Shown in pieces: positions 37,343-51,986 of a stretch of DNA of 64,000 nt. Position 1 is the stretch's first letter, and every line of letters begins with the position of its first letter. The DNA is from Azolla caroliniana (lineage: Eukaryota; Plantae; Polypodiophyta): positions 372,001 through 436,000 of the forward strand of contig JBHGNT010000017.1 of NCBI GenBank assembly GCA_043228905.1. The letters are read 5' to 3'. Both the position numbers and the translations under genes were made by a program. The notes beneath the pieces are model-generated. The model was given only the letters and a program-made list of their open reading frames with translations, did not search any database and was not told the DNA's origin.

Positions 37343-38465
37343 CTTCTGCTTCGAAGGAACTTTAAAAGTCAGTCCATCGGAGCAGATAAATACTTGATAA
37401 AACCCTAATGCTTAGGCCATGGGATGCAAGGGGGGAGTGCTTGAAATAACCTAAACATTTCGTGATACATACAATCAATGTTCATCGCGGAAGTATAAAA
37501 CAAACCTAAGGTTTAGGGATACATGCCAAAGTAATTGTTTAGTCCATTCCGCGGCAATTGTGAAGAGCTTGGAAAACCCGAAGATTTTGTTAAACAAATG
37601 AGACTACACTCAAGTATACACTCACGGATAACGTATGTCTCCTAAGAAAATCATAGGTTAAGGGTTTTCAAAAATCATAAACTTAGTGTGCATCGGGGTT
37701 GTTATTGGATCACAATTGCACGTATAATGTTTTCAAAAGGTTTAGGAATACAATGGGATTGTTAGTCCACAATGATAAAGAAGTGCTTGAAAAACTATAG
37801 GGTTTCTACCTTTTCCGGAGTGTTTGTGCATGATGCTAGAGAATGTGCTTCAAAATTCTTTCATCTTAAACCTTGGGGTTTATGGAAGGGAGGATTTGTT
37901 GTCATAGTTCGTTATTGAATTAGTTGTTAACTCGCTTGTTGTTAAGTCATTGACTAAACCTTTTGACACTAGGCAAGCATTCACCCTCTACGTAGTACAA
38001 AATTGGATCTTGGGCAACACAAATAGGTTGATTGATCTATGGCAATGTAGTAACACTTGAACAAACCTAATGCTTATTCCCTTCTATTAATCCATAGTAA
38101 CATAGAAGTGATTGAATCTGTTGTTGTACAAAAGTACTTGAAAGCTCAAATAAAAAAATGATTGGTCTTGGGAATAACCTAATCAGATGATCTTCTCAAG
38201 AACTAGTCATTGGCACGACATACAAGACGTATAGATTTGATCTCAATAAATGACTCGAGAAACACTCGGGGCATAACCTATATTTTGGAAATAGAACAAC
38301 TTGCAAACATAGTGGCAATGAATGTCTTGGTTATTATTGCGGTCTATGGTTGGGCAATGTCAGTTACAGGGTTTATGCATTGCTTATGAATGTCGAGGTT
38401 TAGGTTTGGGGTTGGTAATTCATGAAAGAGCCATTTATTATTGGCAACATAATCTTGATTCTTAA

Positions 38466-38497
<32 letters not shown>

Positions 38498-40401
38498 TGA
38501 GCACGTAGTTATTAACTTACTGGTGAAATCAAGGTTACATGGAGGTAGCCAATCTATATAGGGGTGATCACGCAACCAACTTTAGACAGTGAGAGTCTAA
38601 GCTTGACGAGCCTAAGCTTGAGCCTGGAGAGTGTTATTATAGGGAAGTTTGGGGGTGTGGGAGAATTTCGGAAATATGTAACTGGGGATATTTGATGGAA
38701 CAAGAGGGTTTTATATGTAAATTTACACGTTTCGTCGAAACACCCCTTAGATTTTATATGCACATACAAAATAGGAATCGTGTTTTGCAGAGGGAGGGAG
38801 AGAAAGAGATCGAACAAAGACACCGGTACGTTTTCCTCGTCTGTGTCTGTGTCTCTGTCTCACGGCATCGATCCCTACCCTGGTGAAATTAAGGGAATCG
38901 AAGTTCCCAGACCGGTTTATCTTTAGATGGATTAATCCATAGACTGAAAATTTGGCATAAAACAGAGAAGAAATGAATGCATGTGAACACGTTTATTGAT
39001 TGCCTCATGAATCTTCATGGAGAAAACTGATGCCAATCATCAGAGGGAAATGAATCTGCATGTTGCGTGATCATAAGCATAAGGGATAAGACATGAAGCG
39101 TTTATGCGTTTTGCTCCTTAGAGAAGAAATGTTTTTTGCTTTTTCTATAATATATTGTAGAAATGCCACAATAACAAGAAACAAATGGCAAATTTTGATA
39201 CAAAAGGGAAATCTAACCTTGCATTGATGTGTCAACACAGCCAGGGATTGGTGAATTTGATGCAAAGAAATGAATGCATGTGGGGATTATGTATGGGAAT
39301 ATGAACTGCACAAGTTAAAGAAATGATGCTACATTCAAATATTACCTCGTAGTAATGTCATAACAGAACAGGAATTTGTAATATAAAACCTCAAAGGAAT
39401 GAGTGGATGCTCCTGGAGGTGCATTAGTGAAGGAATGGTGTGATTAAGTGGTTATAAAATTTTGCGAAAGAAAGCTATTACTGTCAAGATGCAAGAATGC
39501 TTATTGGAGTTTACAGTGATGCAAAGTGCATGCATTAAGAAGTGATGTGATTGTTTGTTTTCTTTCATGGGAGTTAAAGGGGATTACGGTCTAACTTTTG
39601 TAGCAATGTCAGCAATAGGATAAAAGCATGGAAAGCTAACGTCAAAAGTATGGGAAAGAATATGATGCCTATGTCGTTGCTACTCTATAAGAATAATATT
39701 AATATCATATTGATAAAAGTATGGAAAGGAATAGGATTTCTAAAGTTCTTGTTACAGTACAACATGCCAACATGCCTGCTAAAAAAAGCACATGACAAAG
39801 GTAGAGCTGGGTTGTGCTCGAAATCAAATATAACATGAGAGCTTCCCTGCATTTAACCATATAAAGACAATCATTTGCATGCCAAAACTTCATTATATCT
39901 AATAAGAAATTATGGAGAAATCCTCCAGACTCAAAGATAAAAAAGTATAATGGAGTATGTTGACCTTAATCTATCTGTTTATATCTGTTTATACACATGT
40001 TTATAGACAAAGTGCACACGTTCGTACACCAGATACGCGTATGAGAAGAATGCCAACATCATAAGAAATAATATGAGATAATTATATACGTGTGAGGAGT
40101 TAGTAATGGAATACAGAGACTAATCATGATTTCTATGTTTCATCATATAAGGGCAGGGGGTAGAGAGGGTGGGAACTACCTTTTTTGTAGAATTTAATAA
40201 TTTGATGCTAAAAATTAACTATTAACTTAAGGGAGAATTTTGAGCAGATAGGGCTTACAAAAGTTGAGGATTACACCGCCTTCACCAAAGTAAGAGAGAT
40301 ACCATTATACTATGCTAGCGAGATTTGGTGCTCCTCGCTTAAGCTATGGTCAACTATTCTCCTTCCAAATTCTCTACAGCAATAATGCAGATAGCAGAGG
40401 G

Positions 40402-43400
40402 ATGTCTAATGCTGGAACTTCTAGTATCTTTGGAAAAAAGGTTACAGTTAATCCAACAAATTGAGATTGCATAGTTTAAAGTGATATTGTTATTATGGAA
40501 TTGTTTGGAATGATATTTCTTGTGATTCGGGAGTTTTATTACAACAGAAGGGAGAATGGAAAGCAGCCATATTGGAGCTCGATTTCACAATGGGAACCTT
40601 GTTTTTACAAGACAAGGATAGGATCATAATGGTATGAGGGTATATTCAAATTCTGGGAATTTTTCAATCATGTGATGTTAAAAAATAAGGAAGAAATAAA
40701 GCAAGTCTAGGTAACATAAAAAATGATGGCCAAACTTAAACATGATATGTATTTGTGTGTACATATATTTTGTAATCTGGAAAGTATTTCTAACATGAAT
40801 AACAATAATATTTGATGTTTCAAAATGATCCAAATTTATTTTCCTGAGCCAAACTTAGTGTTTCACTGGGGGAAGCTGCCATTAAATTACTTTTACATGG
40901 CAACCCTCTGTCCATGATACTTGAAGACAGTGTCAAAGATGATGGCCTCTACACATCTACTTACTAAGGAACTATTCATTCGAGATGGTTAGGGTGAAGT
41001 ACGATTTAAGCGCTTTGTGGTCATGGCTCTTTGCCACTACATTGTTGGTCTGTGCTTTTTTCGTTCTCTATGAAGGAGAGATTCCGTGTCTTATGCGGCA
41101 TCATCTTAGTTGTTGTTTAGGATATATGCCATACATTTACTTTCTAAATGAGAAATTAGAAATGCATGTAACCTTACATGTGTAATTGTTAAGTTACACA
41201 TATATCTGCTGCCTGACATTTTGAAGATTGACCGTGATTTGTTATTTCAGTCAGAATCTTTTGAGGACTATAGAAAATACAAAGCTCTGGAAGGATGCTC
41301 AGATGACACGCTTGTATCTGTACGATTCAAGTAAAAATTGTGCTTCTCATGTTGAAGTTGTTCTATATAGCAAGAAAATATTTTCTTTAGGGTTTCCAGA
41401 TCTCATTGAAACTTGAGGGAGCTGTCTTTATACCTTCATATATAACTTTTTGAAACGTTTTTCATGCAGTTCTGGCCAATGGGAGATTATGACCCAGAAT
41501 GGCGTGGAAAAACAGGCACTTCAACATCTTCTACAGGTGATTTGATATTCTTCATGTGCTAGCTGTTAGGCATATGTTGGTGAAGGCTATACAACCAGAT
41601 TTTCCTTTTTTTCGGGTATAATTCTGAATGTGCTGCTTATTAACCTAAGGTGAAACTGTCAAAAAATGTTCTGTGAGAAGCCTAGTTTTGGTGACTGTAT
41701 TGTTTTTAGGCAGATTAAGGCTTTCATGGTCACGCATGCTATCTCTTTCTAGGATTTGAATGGTTTTCAACTGTCTGAATATGAATAAAAAACATTTACA
41801 ATAAGTTGGTTACAATTGAGTTTTTCTGTGCTACTGTTTGTTTTGCAGTGCATTATTCATGATATGAGCGCACAAGATGCTGCTGAGTTAGGAATGACAA
41901 GGGGTCTAGTTGGCATGGTAAAGTTTTCACTGTTTTTATTGCATATGTTGAAATGATTGTGTACATTTCCTTTCTCTTTGAATATTAACACTCAGTTTCA
42001 GAATGCATACATTAGGACAAAGATATCTTGAAGCATGGACTCGTCTATAGGCGGGCAAAAACTGCGTACAAGAAAGATGAGCGTTTTCTTGTTGCTGTTG
42101 CAGGAAAGCTACTACTATTCAAGGTCTCCGTTTTCTCACGAAACCTTAATTTCTTTCTTTCTTTTGACTAGCACTACCATGAGAAAATGTATTGTTTCCA
42201 AGCAGGGCATGGATATAGTTGGTAAACATGTGCGTTCCGTAACATCACTTTTTGGGGCTAGTACTCATGTAAGTTCTCAGTGAATTTTTATTCCTCTGAT
42301 GTTTTTCAGACATTGTAACACTGTGCTATAGAATTTAAAAAGATGTATTGCTTTTTGAATTTTCCTTTTACCATGGCCTACATTCAATATATTAGTCGGG
42401 AATGAGTACAAATGTACTTATCTGTGGTTGATGGAAAAGAAGAGGATAGATAGGCAAGGGATTCTTTTCTCGCCATGACCAAATCAATACAAAGATTATG
42501 CTTCGTTTTTGTCATGCAGTACTCGAAAAATGAACTCACTGAGAGACACAAATGGATATAATAATTTCGGGGGCAAAATAGTGGGGAAGATCTTTCATGA
42601 TGCACAAACACCATTCCAGGGTAGCCCCTCCTATCCACCTGTATAGATCAAAATTGTTTCAGCTCTACACTGTTCAACATAGAAATAGTTGTAGATGTCT
42701 AGATACAATAGATAGATTAAGTCACATCTGTGGTATAGCAGAACCATTTGTGTAGTCGTGTAATGCATTGGCCACATTATTTAGCTGCATGTGGGGAAAT
42801 ATCATCCTATATAGGCTTAATTAGTATAGGAATATCCTCATCAATGATGTAACATGTCACATGATCCACCTGAATTTCATGTGATAGATTCCAGCAATTA
42901 CAAGGAATGCTTGCTTGGCATCTTGTAAGCTCGCATGCATATAATAGAATTCTCTTGCAAATACTCTTTAAACCATTGCGACTTCTAGGGCTCATTCTAT
43001 GGTAAGCTTCATGTATGGATAATAGAGCACATTTCAATGGAAAGAGATCCTCTCTTGCCATAGTTTAAATGTATGTAAAGCCTTTGAGAAGCACCCTAAT
43101 GATATTCATAAGGATATGTAGCAAAGGATTTTACTTTCAATATGGTGTATGAATCAACAACAAGATGAATTGTGTTTCAAGTAGACAAAGGGCAGAACTA
43201 TTTCAGTGAAGCAAGGATGCCTTTTCTACAGTTCACTGCCTTTGCCATTTTCATGTGTATTTGACTAGAAAAATTGGAGCACTAGTAGGACACATGAGAA
43301 CATGTCGCAGTCTGGAATCCTAGGAAGTAAACTACAGAAAGGGAACTAAATACCCCATGTGGTTTTCTCCCTTGTCCTTTGCTTGAGGGTGATTGTTGTG

Positions 43401-45441
43401 GTTAAGCACGTGCAATATTAATTAATCACTTGTTATGCCTATCTTGTTTTTCGTTGGAAATAAACACTTTTTTATGAATGTTGGGAACATAGAGATATAG
43501 ATGTTTAGAATCATCCCAAAATGAATGCTAGGATTGACCACAATGGATCTAGTAGAATGCACCGTATGCTATTATATCTTTACATTATATCCCCCTTACT
43601 TTCGTGGGGTTGCAAACTATTGGAAATTTTAATTGAGGGACAAGTTAAATTCTAGGAGGCAGCCATGCACCCAAAAATTGTTCTGATTTAGGTTAACCTT
43701 CTATATGCATCAAAGAATTAGGATGCAAACGTTGTGCAAACAGTTGGCAAACTATAGAAAATGCGTTAGTTAATAATTAGGATGATCAACCCCATTACTT
43801 GTAACATATCATCAAAATATAAGTGCAATCATGTGTGTTGCGATGGGGGTAGCTCTGGTGGTTACATAGACAGTATATCCTCTGTGACTGGTATGAAATG
43901 GATATTGGAACATCGAAGATAGAGATGGTCATGGTTGGGAACGATTCTCTTTCAAAGAGGTAGTGCAGCGAAGAAAAGTCACTCATTGTTGGAATTGGTA
44001 TGTAATCGGGAACATTGAGAATGATTTGAATCACCTGGCATGGATAAATACCGTATTTTCATTGCAGTCAGTTTTTGGTCAATCCAAATACTGGGAAATT
44101 TTCAAACAAAAATTTCCACTTTCATTGTAAGGAGAGATTTCGATCATTTTCTGAGATAGATTATTCTATGATCAAAGATGTTGGGGCAGTTTATCCATGG
44201 CTTATCTATCTGTGTGTAATAGAAGTCATTACACTGAAGCTGTATTTATTTCGTTGAGTTTTGCAGTTGATTTATGGGCAGCTTGAGTTTGAAGTGATTG
44301 TACCCGATTCAAAGTCTTTACTTTTAATTGCACCCTCAGCAGTAAGAAGCAGAAATCGATTTTCTATGCGAAACACATTTAGACTATCACAGATGCTATT
44401 AAGAGAGAATTGAGTTTTTGCAAATTTACTGTTGGTAACTGGTCCCAGGAGGAGCTGACTGATTGGATTGGTATTATAGAGAAAGCCACTTCATTTGCTA
44501 ACAAAGAAGTGAGAGCGGACGTTGAAAAATCTCCTTCTTTTGCTAACAAAGATAGAAGAGCGAATGCAGATAAATCTGTGAGCAAAGATGTACGAGCAAA
44601 TGCAGAGAAATCCTCTTCATTTGCCAACAAAGACGTGAGGGCAAATGGAAAACAGCCTGCATTTAGGGATGACGAGGATGCAAGGTACAAAGTGGGAAGA
44701 GTAAATATGGAGCCTTATGTTGGAGATAACAGGAAAAGTGTGAGGTACAGTGTTGGTAATAACGATCGTGTATATCAACAGAGAGAGTTTCAAAGTGAGG
44801 ATAGTAGAGGTCAATTAAATCTGAATCCAAATCCAAATCATGGAAGGGGTAGGTATCCAATCAAGCCGTCCACAGCTGAATCCGAACAAGATTACGTGGA
44901 ACATAATGGAATAAGACAGAACATGAGAGACCCTCCTCGTCAAGGTAACAATCAGATCAAGGATCCAGTCAAAGATCGAGATTATGAGGAAAGAGAGTAT
45001 CATAATCAGCAAAGAAGTAGAGACACAAGAAATGATGCATATAAAGGTGGAGGAATGAGGGAGAATGAAATCAATGCTAGAAGGGTTTCAGATTTACAAC
45101 GAGAACAAATAGCTAACTTTTCGAATCCGAGCAATGACTACCAACGGTTCCCAGGAGAGTCTAGTCAAGCTCAAAGGAAGGTGAATAACAAACAAAGAAG
45201 CATAGAAAACATTGAGAGGTTTGAGGTTCGGATCCCGGTTGTGAATCAGGAGGGTCAACGCACGCTGGCTAGGGCCGAAAACCCAAATACCGATAAAGGG
45301 AAAAATGGATGTGTAGATCAGGCTCGAAGCCAAGGAGAGATAGCTCCCAAACAACAGATTGATCACAGGAAGATGTTTGCATATTACATGAACTTGTATC
45401 GGAGAGGATTGCGAAGTTCATCTACACAAACCGATCGTTGA
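40402..45441 (+). CDS. Uncharacterised protein with probable tandem PH-like domains and a long disordered tail
   Basis: Phase-consistent exons 40402-40440, 40548-40631, 41251-41330, 41470-41536, 41849-41917 and 42016-42123 (ILKHGLVYRRAKTAYKKDERFLVAVAGKLLLFK), then 44268-44342 (FEVIVPDSKSLLLIAPSA) and 44448-45441 (EELTDWIGIIEKA...). One internal exon and the true start are unresolved. Confidence 0.7.
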
Positions 45442-45825
45442 CTGCATTACTCTCATGAAAATGTCCCTAAAACTCTTTGGATACTTACTAGCAATACCCC
45501 CAAGCTTCCAAACAATTACCAATGTTGTAGTAAATGTTTTGAATACTCAGATACCAGTAAGTTTTTGAAGCCTTGGGATTATGTGTGGTAAACACCCAAA
45601 GGTACATGTTTTCTGTGTTTTCCCCTTATTTGTGTTTTGTGTTTTTGAGAAATCCCACATCTGTGTTTTGTGTGTGTATGTTGCTCGACGTAATGTGTGC
45701 TCCCATTTGATTATATATTGTTTGCTCCCCTCTTATGTTATAAAGTCGTTATGCTTTTTTGAGTGAGTGAGTGTGTGTGATAGCTTTCTGGTCATATTTA
45801 GATAAACTAATTCAAGAGATATATT

Positions 45826-45975
45826 TGATGTACTAGGATACAATTGATCTTTGTTTGGTGTGATGTCTTTTTCCAACATAGAATTTCATTAGGCTAGGAG
45901 TGATGTACTAGGATACAATTGATCTTTGTTTGGTGTGATGTCTTTTTCCAACATAGAATTTCATTAGGCTAGGAG
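45826..45975. repeat. Exact 75-bp tandem duplication
   Basis: tgatgtactaggatac...taggctaggag occurs twice. Confidence 0.92.
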
Positions 45976-47484
45976 TGAATTGATCCTTGATATTGTAAAT
46001 GACTCAAGATGATAACAATCCTCCTCAAATCAACTACTTTATAGGCCTAAAAATATACTTAGGTGGTTTGTATGGAAAACTTCTCTCACGCAAAGAACTT
46101 GTTTGAGACAAGTGAGACCACGATGGGAGGTGGAACTAAGTCAATAAGTGTTCTAGTTTGTTGCCATGCAATCTTTTAACTAAATTGGGTGATGATCACT
46201 TAATTCTACAACATCAGATTGTTTGGAATGTCTTGTGATTACATAGTTGCGAGAAGATGAGCCATGCAATGACGAACCAATAATGTATAAACAAATTGAC
46301 ATTGTGAGCATTGCACGTGCATAGGAATCAGGATGAGCATTTGATTCATTCAAAGTCTACTCAACAAATTTAAAACTACAAATATATGTCCTTATGAAGC
46401 AATTCCTTTTCAATGCCTATTATGTTGTGGTTTATTTTGAAATTCCAACTCTTGATGGGTTGGCATAAATCTTATTGAAATTTGAGCTCCTAAAATTAAT
46501 GATTTATTGTTTTCACTTTAAATTTTAAAATCTCTCAAGTGTTGTCATTATCTAAGAGTACTTAAATTCTGGAAAAGTTGATATGGCATAAGTGCTCTTA
46601 CAATTGCAAAGCTATTGATCAAAAGTGAATTCAACTTTCAGATACGCTCAAATTGTTTCAAAATTTCTGGTAGAAGATCGATCTAAATAGTACCCACCTA
46701 TGAATGTCAATGCAAATTGTGCTTATCAAGACCAAGACCTTAGTAAGATAGTCACGAAAAGCTAATAAATAGACATCATAAGCTTAGGTCGTTTGAAGAT
46801 ATTATTCTATGATTAATTCAACACTGATATTTTAGAGAGTGACTCATTAGATTTTGCCCAGTCAAAACTCAAAATGTAGATGCTCATAACAGCATGGGAG
46901 GGAGTGGTTCAAACTTCAAGTCGATGACAACAAGTTTGTCTCGGGGTAAGAACGATATGTGTATTGTGTCAAGGTAGGAACTTAAATCGAGTGTCAAGGT
47001 AAGACCAATTAGAGAGTCTTGTTTTGGGGTATGAATAGAAGACAATGTCTCGAGGTGAGAAACAAATGAAGATGAGCTGAAGACTGAGCAAGAGTATTAG
47101 AGATTATTTCTAATGTAAGCATAAGACAAGGACATAAATGATAGATAGTAAATCCCAATCCACCCGATCACCCACGAGTGTAGTTGTAATGAGATGAGCA
47201 TAGTTAGACCTCATATTTAAAGCCAGACCTAAGGTCCCAAGGCAAGTTCACACTTGGAGCTTTATGGGTTGTCTCAATTCCTCGTATTAAAAGTAATCCT
47301 CCCCCCTTTTTTTACACTCTCGATTCACCTTCACACTTTTATCCTCGTGTGTAGAAGAATAGTATGGTACAAACTAGCACGAGATAACTTATGGCGATGC
47401 TCATAACAAAAAGGGAAGAGACGGAATGCCCGGGTGGCCGACCGCCCGCCAAGATGGGGAGTGGCCAAGGCCGAGACGATGCTC

Positions 47485-47820
47485 CCATCCCATCCTCATC
47501 CCATCCCATCCCATCCCATCCCATCCCATCCCATGTGTGTGTTGTGTTGAGGGAGGCGCCTGTTCACACGAGAGAGAGAGAGGGGCTGTGTGTGTGTGTT
47601 TGCGTGGGATACACGCCCCCCCATCTTTTCATCTTCATCTTCTTCTTCTTCATCTTCATCTTCTTCTTCCTGATTCCTGCGCCTTTCCGCTTCGCTCGCG
47701 CCACGAACACTGTTCATCCTTCTCCTTCTCCTTCTTCTTTGCAACCATCAACAACAACCACACCAAACAGACGGTAAGATCCGCGCTTTCTTCTTCTTCT
47801 TCTTCTTCTTCTTCTTCTAA
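47485..47820 (+). repeat. (CCCAT)n and (TTC)n microsatellites around the ATG8 promoter and 5' UTR exon
   Basis: Visible repeats; donor GTAAG at 47773 suggests a non-coding first exon. Confidence 0.7.
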
Positions 47821-48640
47821 TTTCTATTCTCCTCCTTTCCTCTCAACGACATCATTCCTTCGTCATTAATAATTTTCGTCCCTGCCTTTATATCTGCGTT
47901 TCGCGTCAAGTCGCCTCCTAACATTATCCGTATCCCCTCTTCTCTTTCTTTGCTATTTTGTTCTTTTTCCGTTGAAGTTTGTCTCAGGACTCCCGTTCTT
48001 AGATTATTCCTTATTCTCTTCTCTGTTTTTGAATGTATTTCCCCCTATGTCTCCTGTCAAGATTTTCTCGCGATTCATTAATTGTTAGTCTTCGGGCAGA
48101 ACGGATTATGAAGTTAGTCTTTGTTTTCCAGAGATAATATTTGCATCCTTCTTTCTCCCCCCCCTTCTCTTTCAGCAGATTTCCGCCAATTGTTTTGGAC
48201 ATACGTTTTTTTATCTACACCCGTCATTTGAAACAGAACAAAAATGTATTTGAAGTTTTCCCTGCTATTTCTTCAAAAAAGGAAGAAATCCACCAGTCTT
48301 ATTGATGTTCGAATTGAAAAAAATCAACGTCTGTGATTCATGTTGTCCCAATTTATCACATTATGCAGGCTTTTGATTTCTTATATACTCCGATCTGGCT
48401 TTAAATTCCTCTTCATTTATTAAGGATAAGTTTCTTGATCTGCCATGATATTTTTCATCCTTTTACGGAAGGACTTCCCATCTTCAGAATCGGATTTTGG
48501 TTTTTAAGGTTGCAGTGAACCCAGCACGTCATTGCTAGCATTTGCCTATTTTGTCCTGATCCCATCTTACATTTTCTAGATTTAATTGCAAACAATTGAG
48601 ATTGTTATGACTTATTATGTCTATTTGTTTTCGCAGTGAG

Positions 48641-50617
<1,977 letters not shown>

Positions 50618-51986
50618 TGTTGTCATGTAAATATATAGTAGCTCAAATGATCAAAAACTTTCTTTTAGGTTCTCCCCCATGTCACAGAAAAGTGCCACAT
50701 CTCAGAAGCATCCTTGCAGTGATGTGAGCAAGCTCTTATAAGACCACGTAAAAAATTGAATCTCATCTAATGTATAAACATCCGAAACATTTCATTGTTG
50801 TAAAAAAGATTATTTGAAGTTGGACAAACAAGTTCAACGATAACATGTTTACCTTTATATCCATATCAGCTTTTTCACGTTTATTTATTATCTTGACTAT
50901 GCTTTTTATATGCTACCATTGCACAAACTATCTCTGTTGCGTTTATATTTGTTGTGTTTTGCTTACAACAAACGAGTTATAGCTATCATTTGGTTTGACT
51001 GTACAGTCGGTTTGGTATAAGGGTTTGACTGCTACGACCAAAACATAATATTCTTTGATGTTTCATTCTTTTTTATAGTCTTTATTGTTCTCCATGATGT
51101 TTTCTTGCCTTTATGTTATGTTATCTTCTGATACTATTCTCATGTAATTTGATTATTTTAGCGTTGTAATAAGAACCCTGACTTCAAAGATATGTGGACA
51201 CTATCAATTCACTCAGGTGACTTTGGAAGTTATTTTACTTGAAGATTGGGCGATGTGACATGTTGGAATTGTAACTTCGACATTGGTTTAACCTTTTATA
51301 TTTCAGCATGGACATGTCAACATGCAAGGTAGAAAATTATTGCTCTAGTATCATTTGAATAAGGATTTGTAAATGCTCGTCTATATATGGAGGGTATGTG
51401 TTAAAAGAGCTTCAATGGCAGAGATATTACACAACATGATATCATGCATATGCCATAGATCCAACTGAAACATATGAAATGCAAGCAACAAACCGGTACT
51501 TCAATTACTTGAATCTCTCCAAAATATAAGAAGATAATTGGATATTATGTCAGGTTTTCAAATTACTTCAAAACATAAAATTGAATTATTAAAAAAAAGC
51601 TTAATAATTTACAGAAGATACTCATAAGTTGCATTACAAGATAAACATGGTCATATAGTGTGGTTGGTATGTTTTTGGTCTACAACCATTAACCGCTGAA
51701 GGAGAAGTATGTGCTCTATCTTTAGACTTGAAGGTAAACAATCATACCTCAGAAGCCATGTAGAAATTATGGTTTAATTAGCATGGTAAATAAAGTAACC
51801 ATATGAAATTCAACAGTAAATGAAGCCTTTATAATCTCATCGGGAAGGTGAATGGTGCGTTTCCATTTTGGAACATGGTAGACACTATATGATGAACGAT
51901 GGTGAACAATGCCTAAAAAAGGCAAAGCCAGCAGAAACTCTGATGGAGGCCCCTAATTAAGCTTGAATTCTATTCTCCCCTGATGT

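Noticed and set aside
40240-43300. Possible LINE fragments (LYYASEIW near 40310; minus-strand remnants at 42400-43300)
   Set aside because: Too degraded to confirm by eye.
47339-47869. Several overlapping ORFs
   Set aside because: They arise from CCCAT and TTC microsatellites in the ATG8 promoter and UTR.
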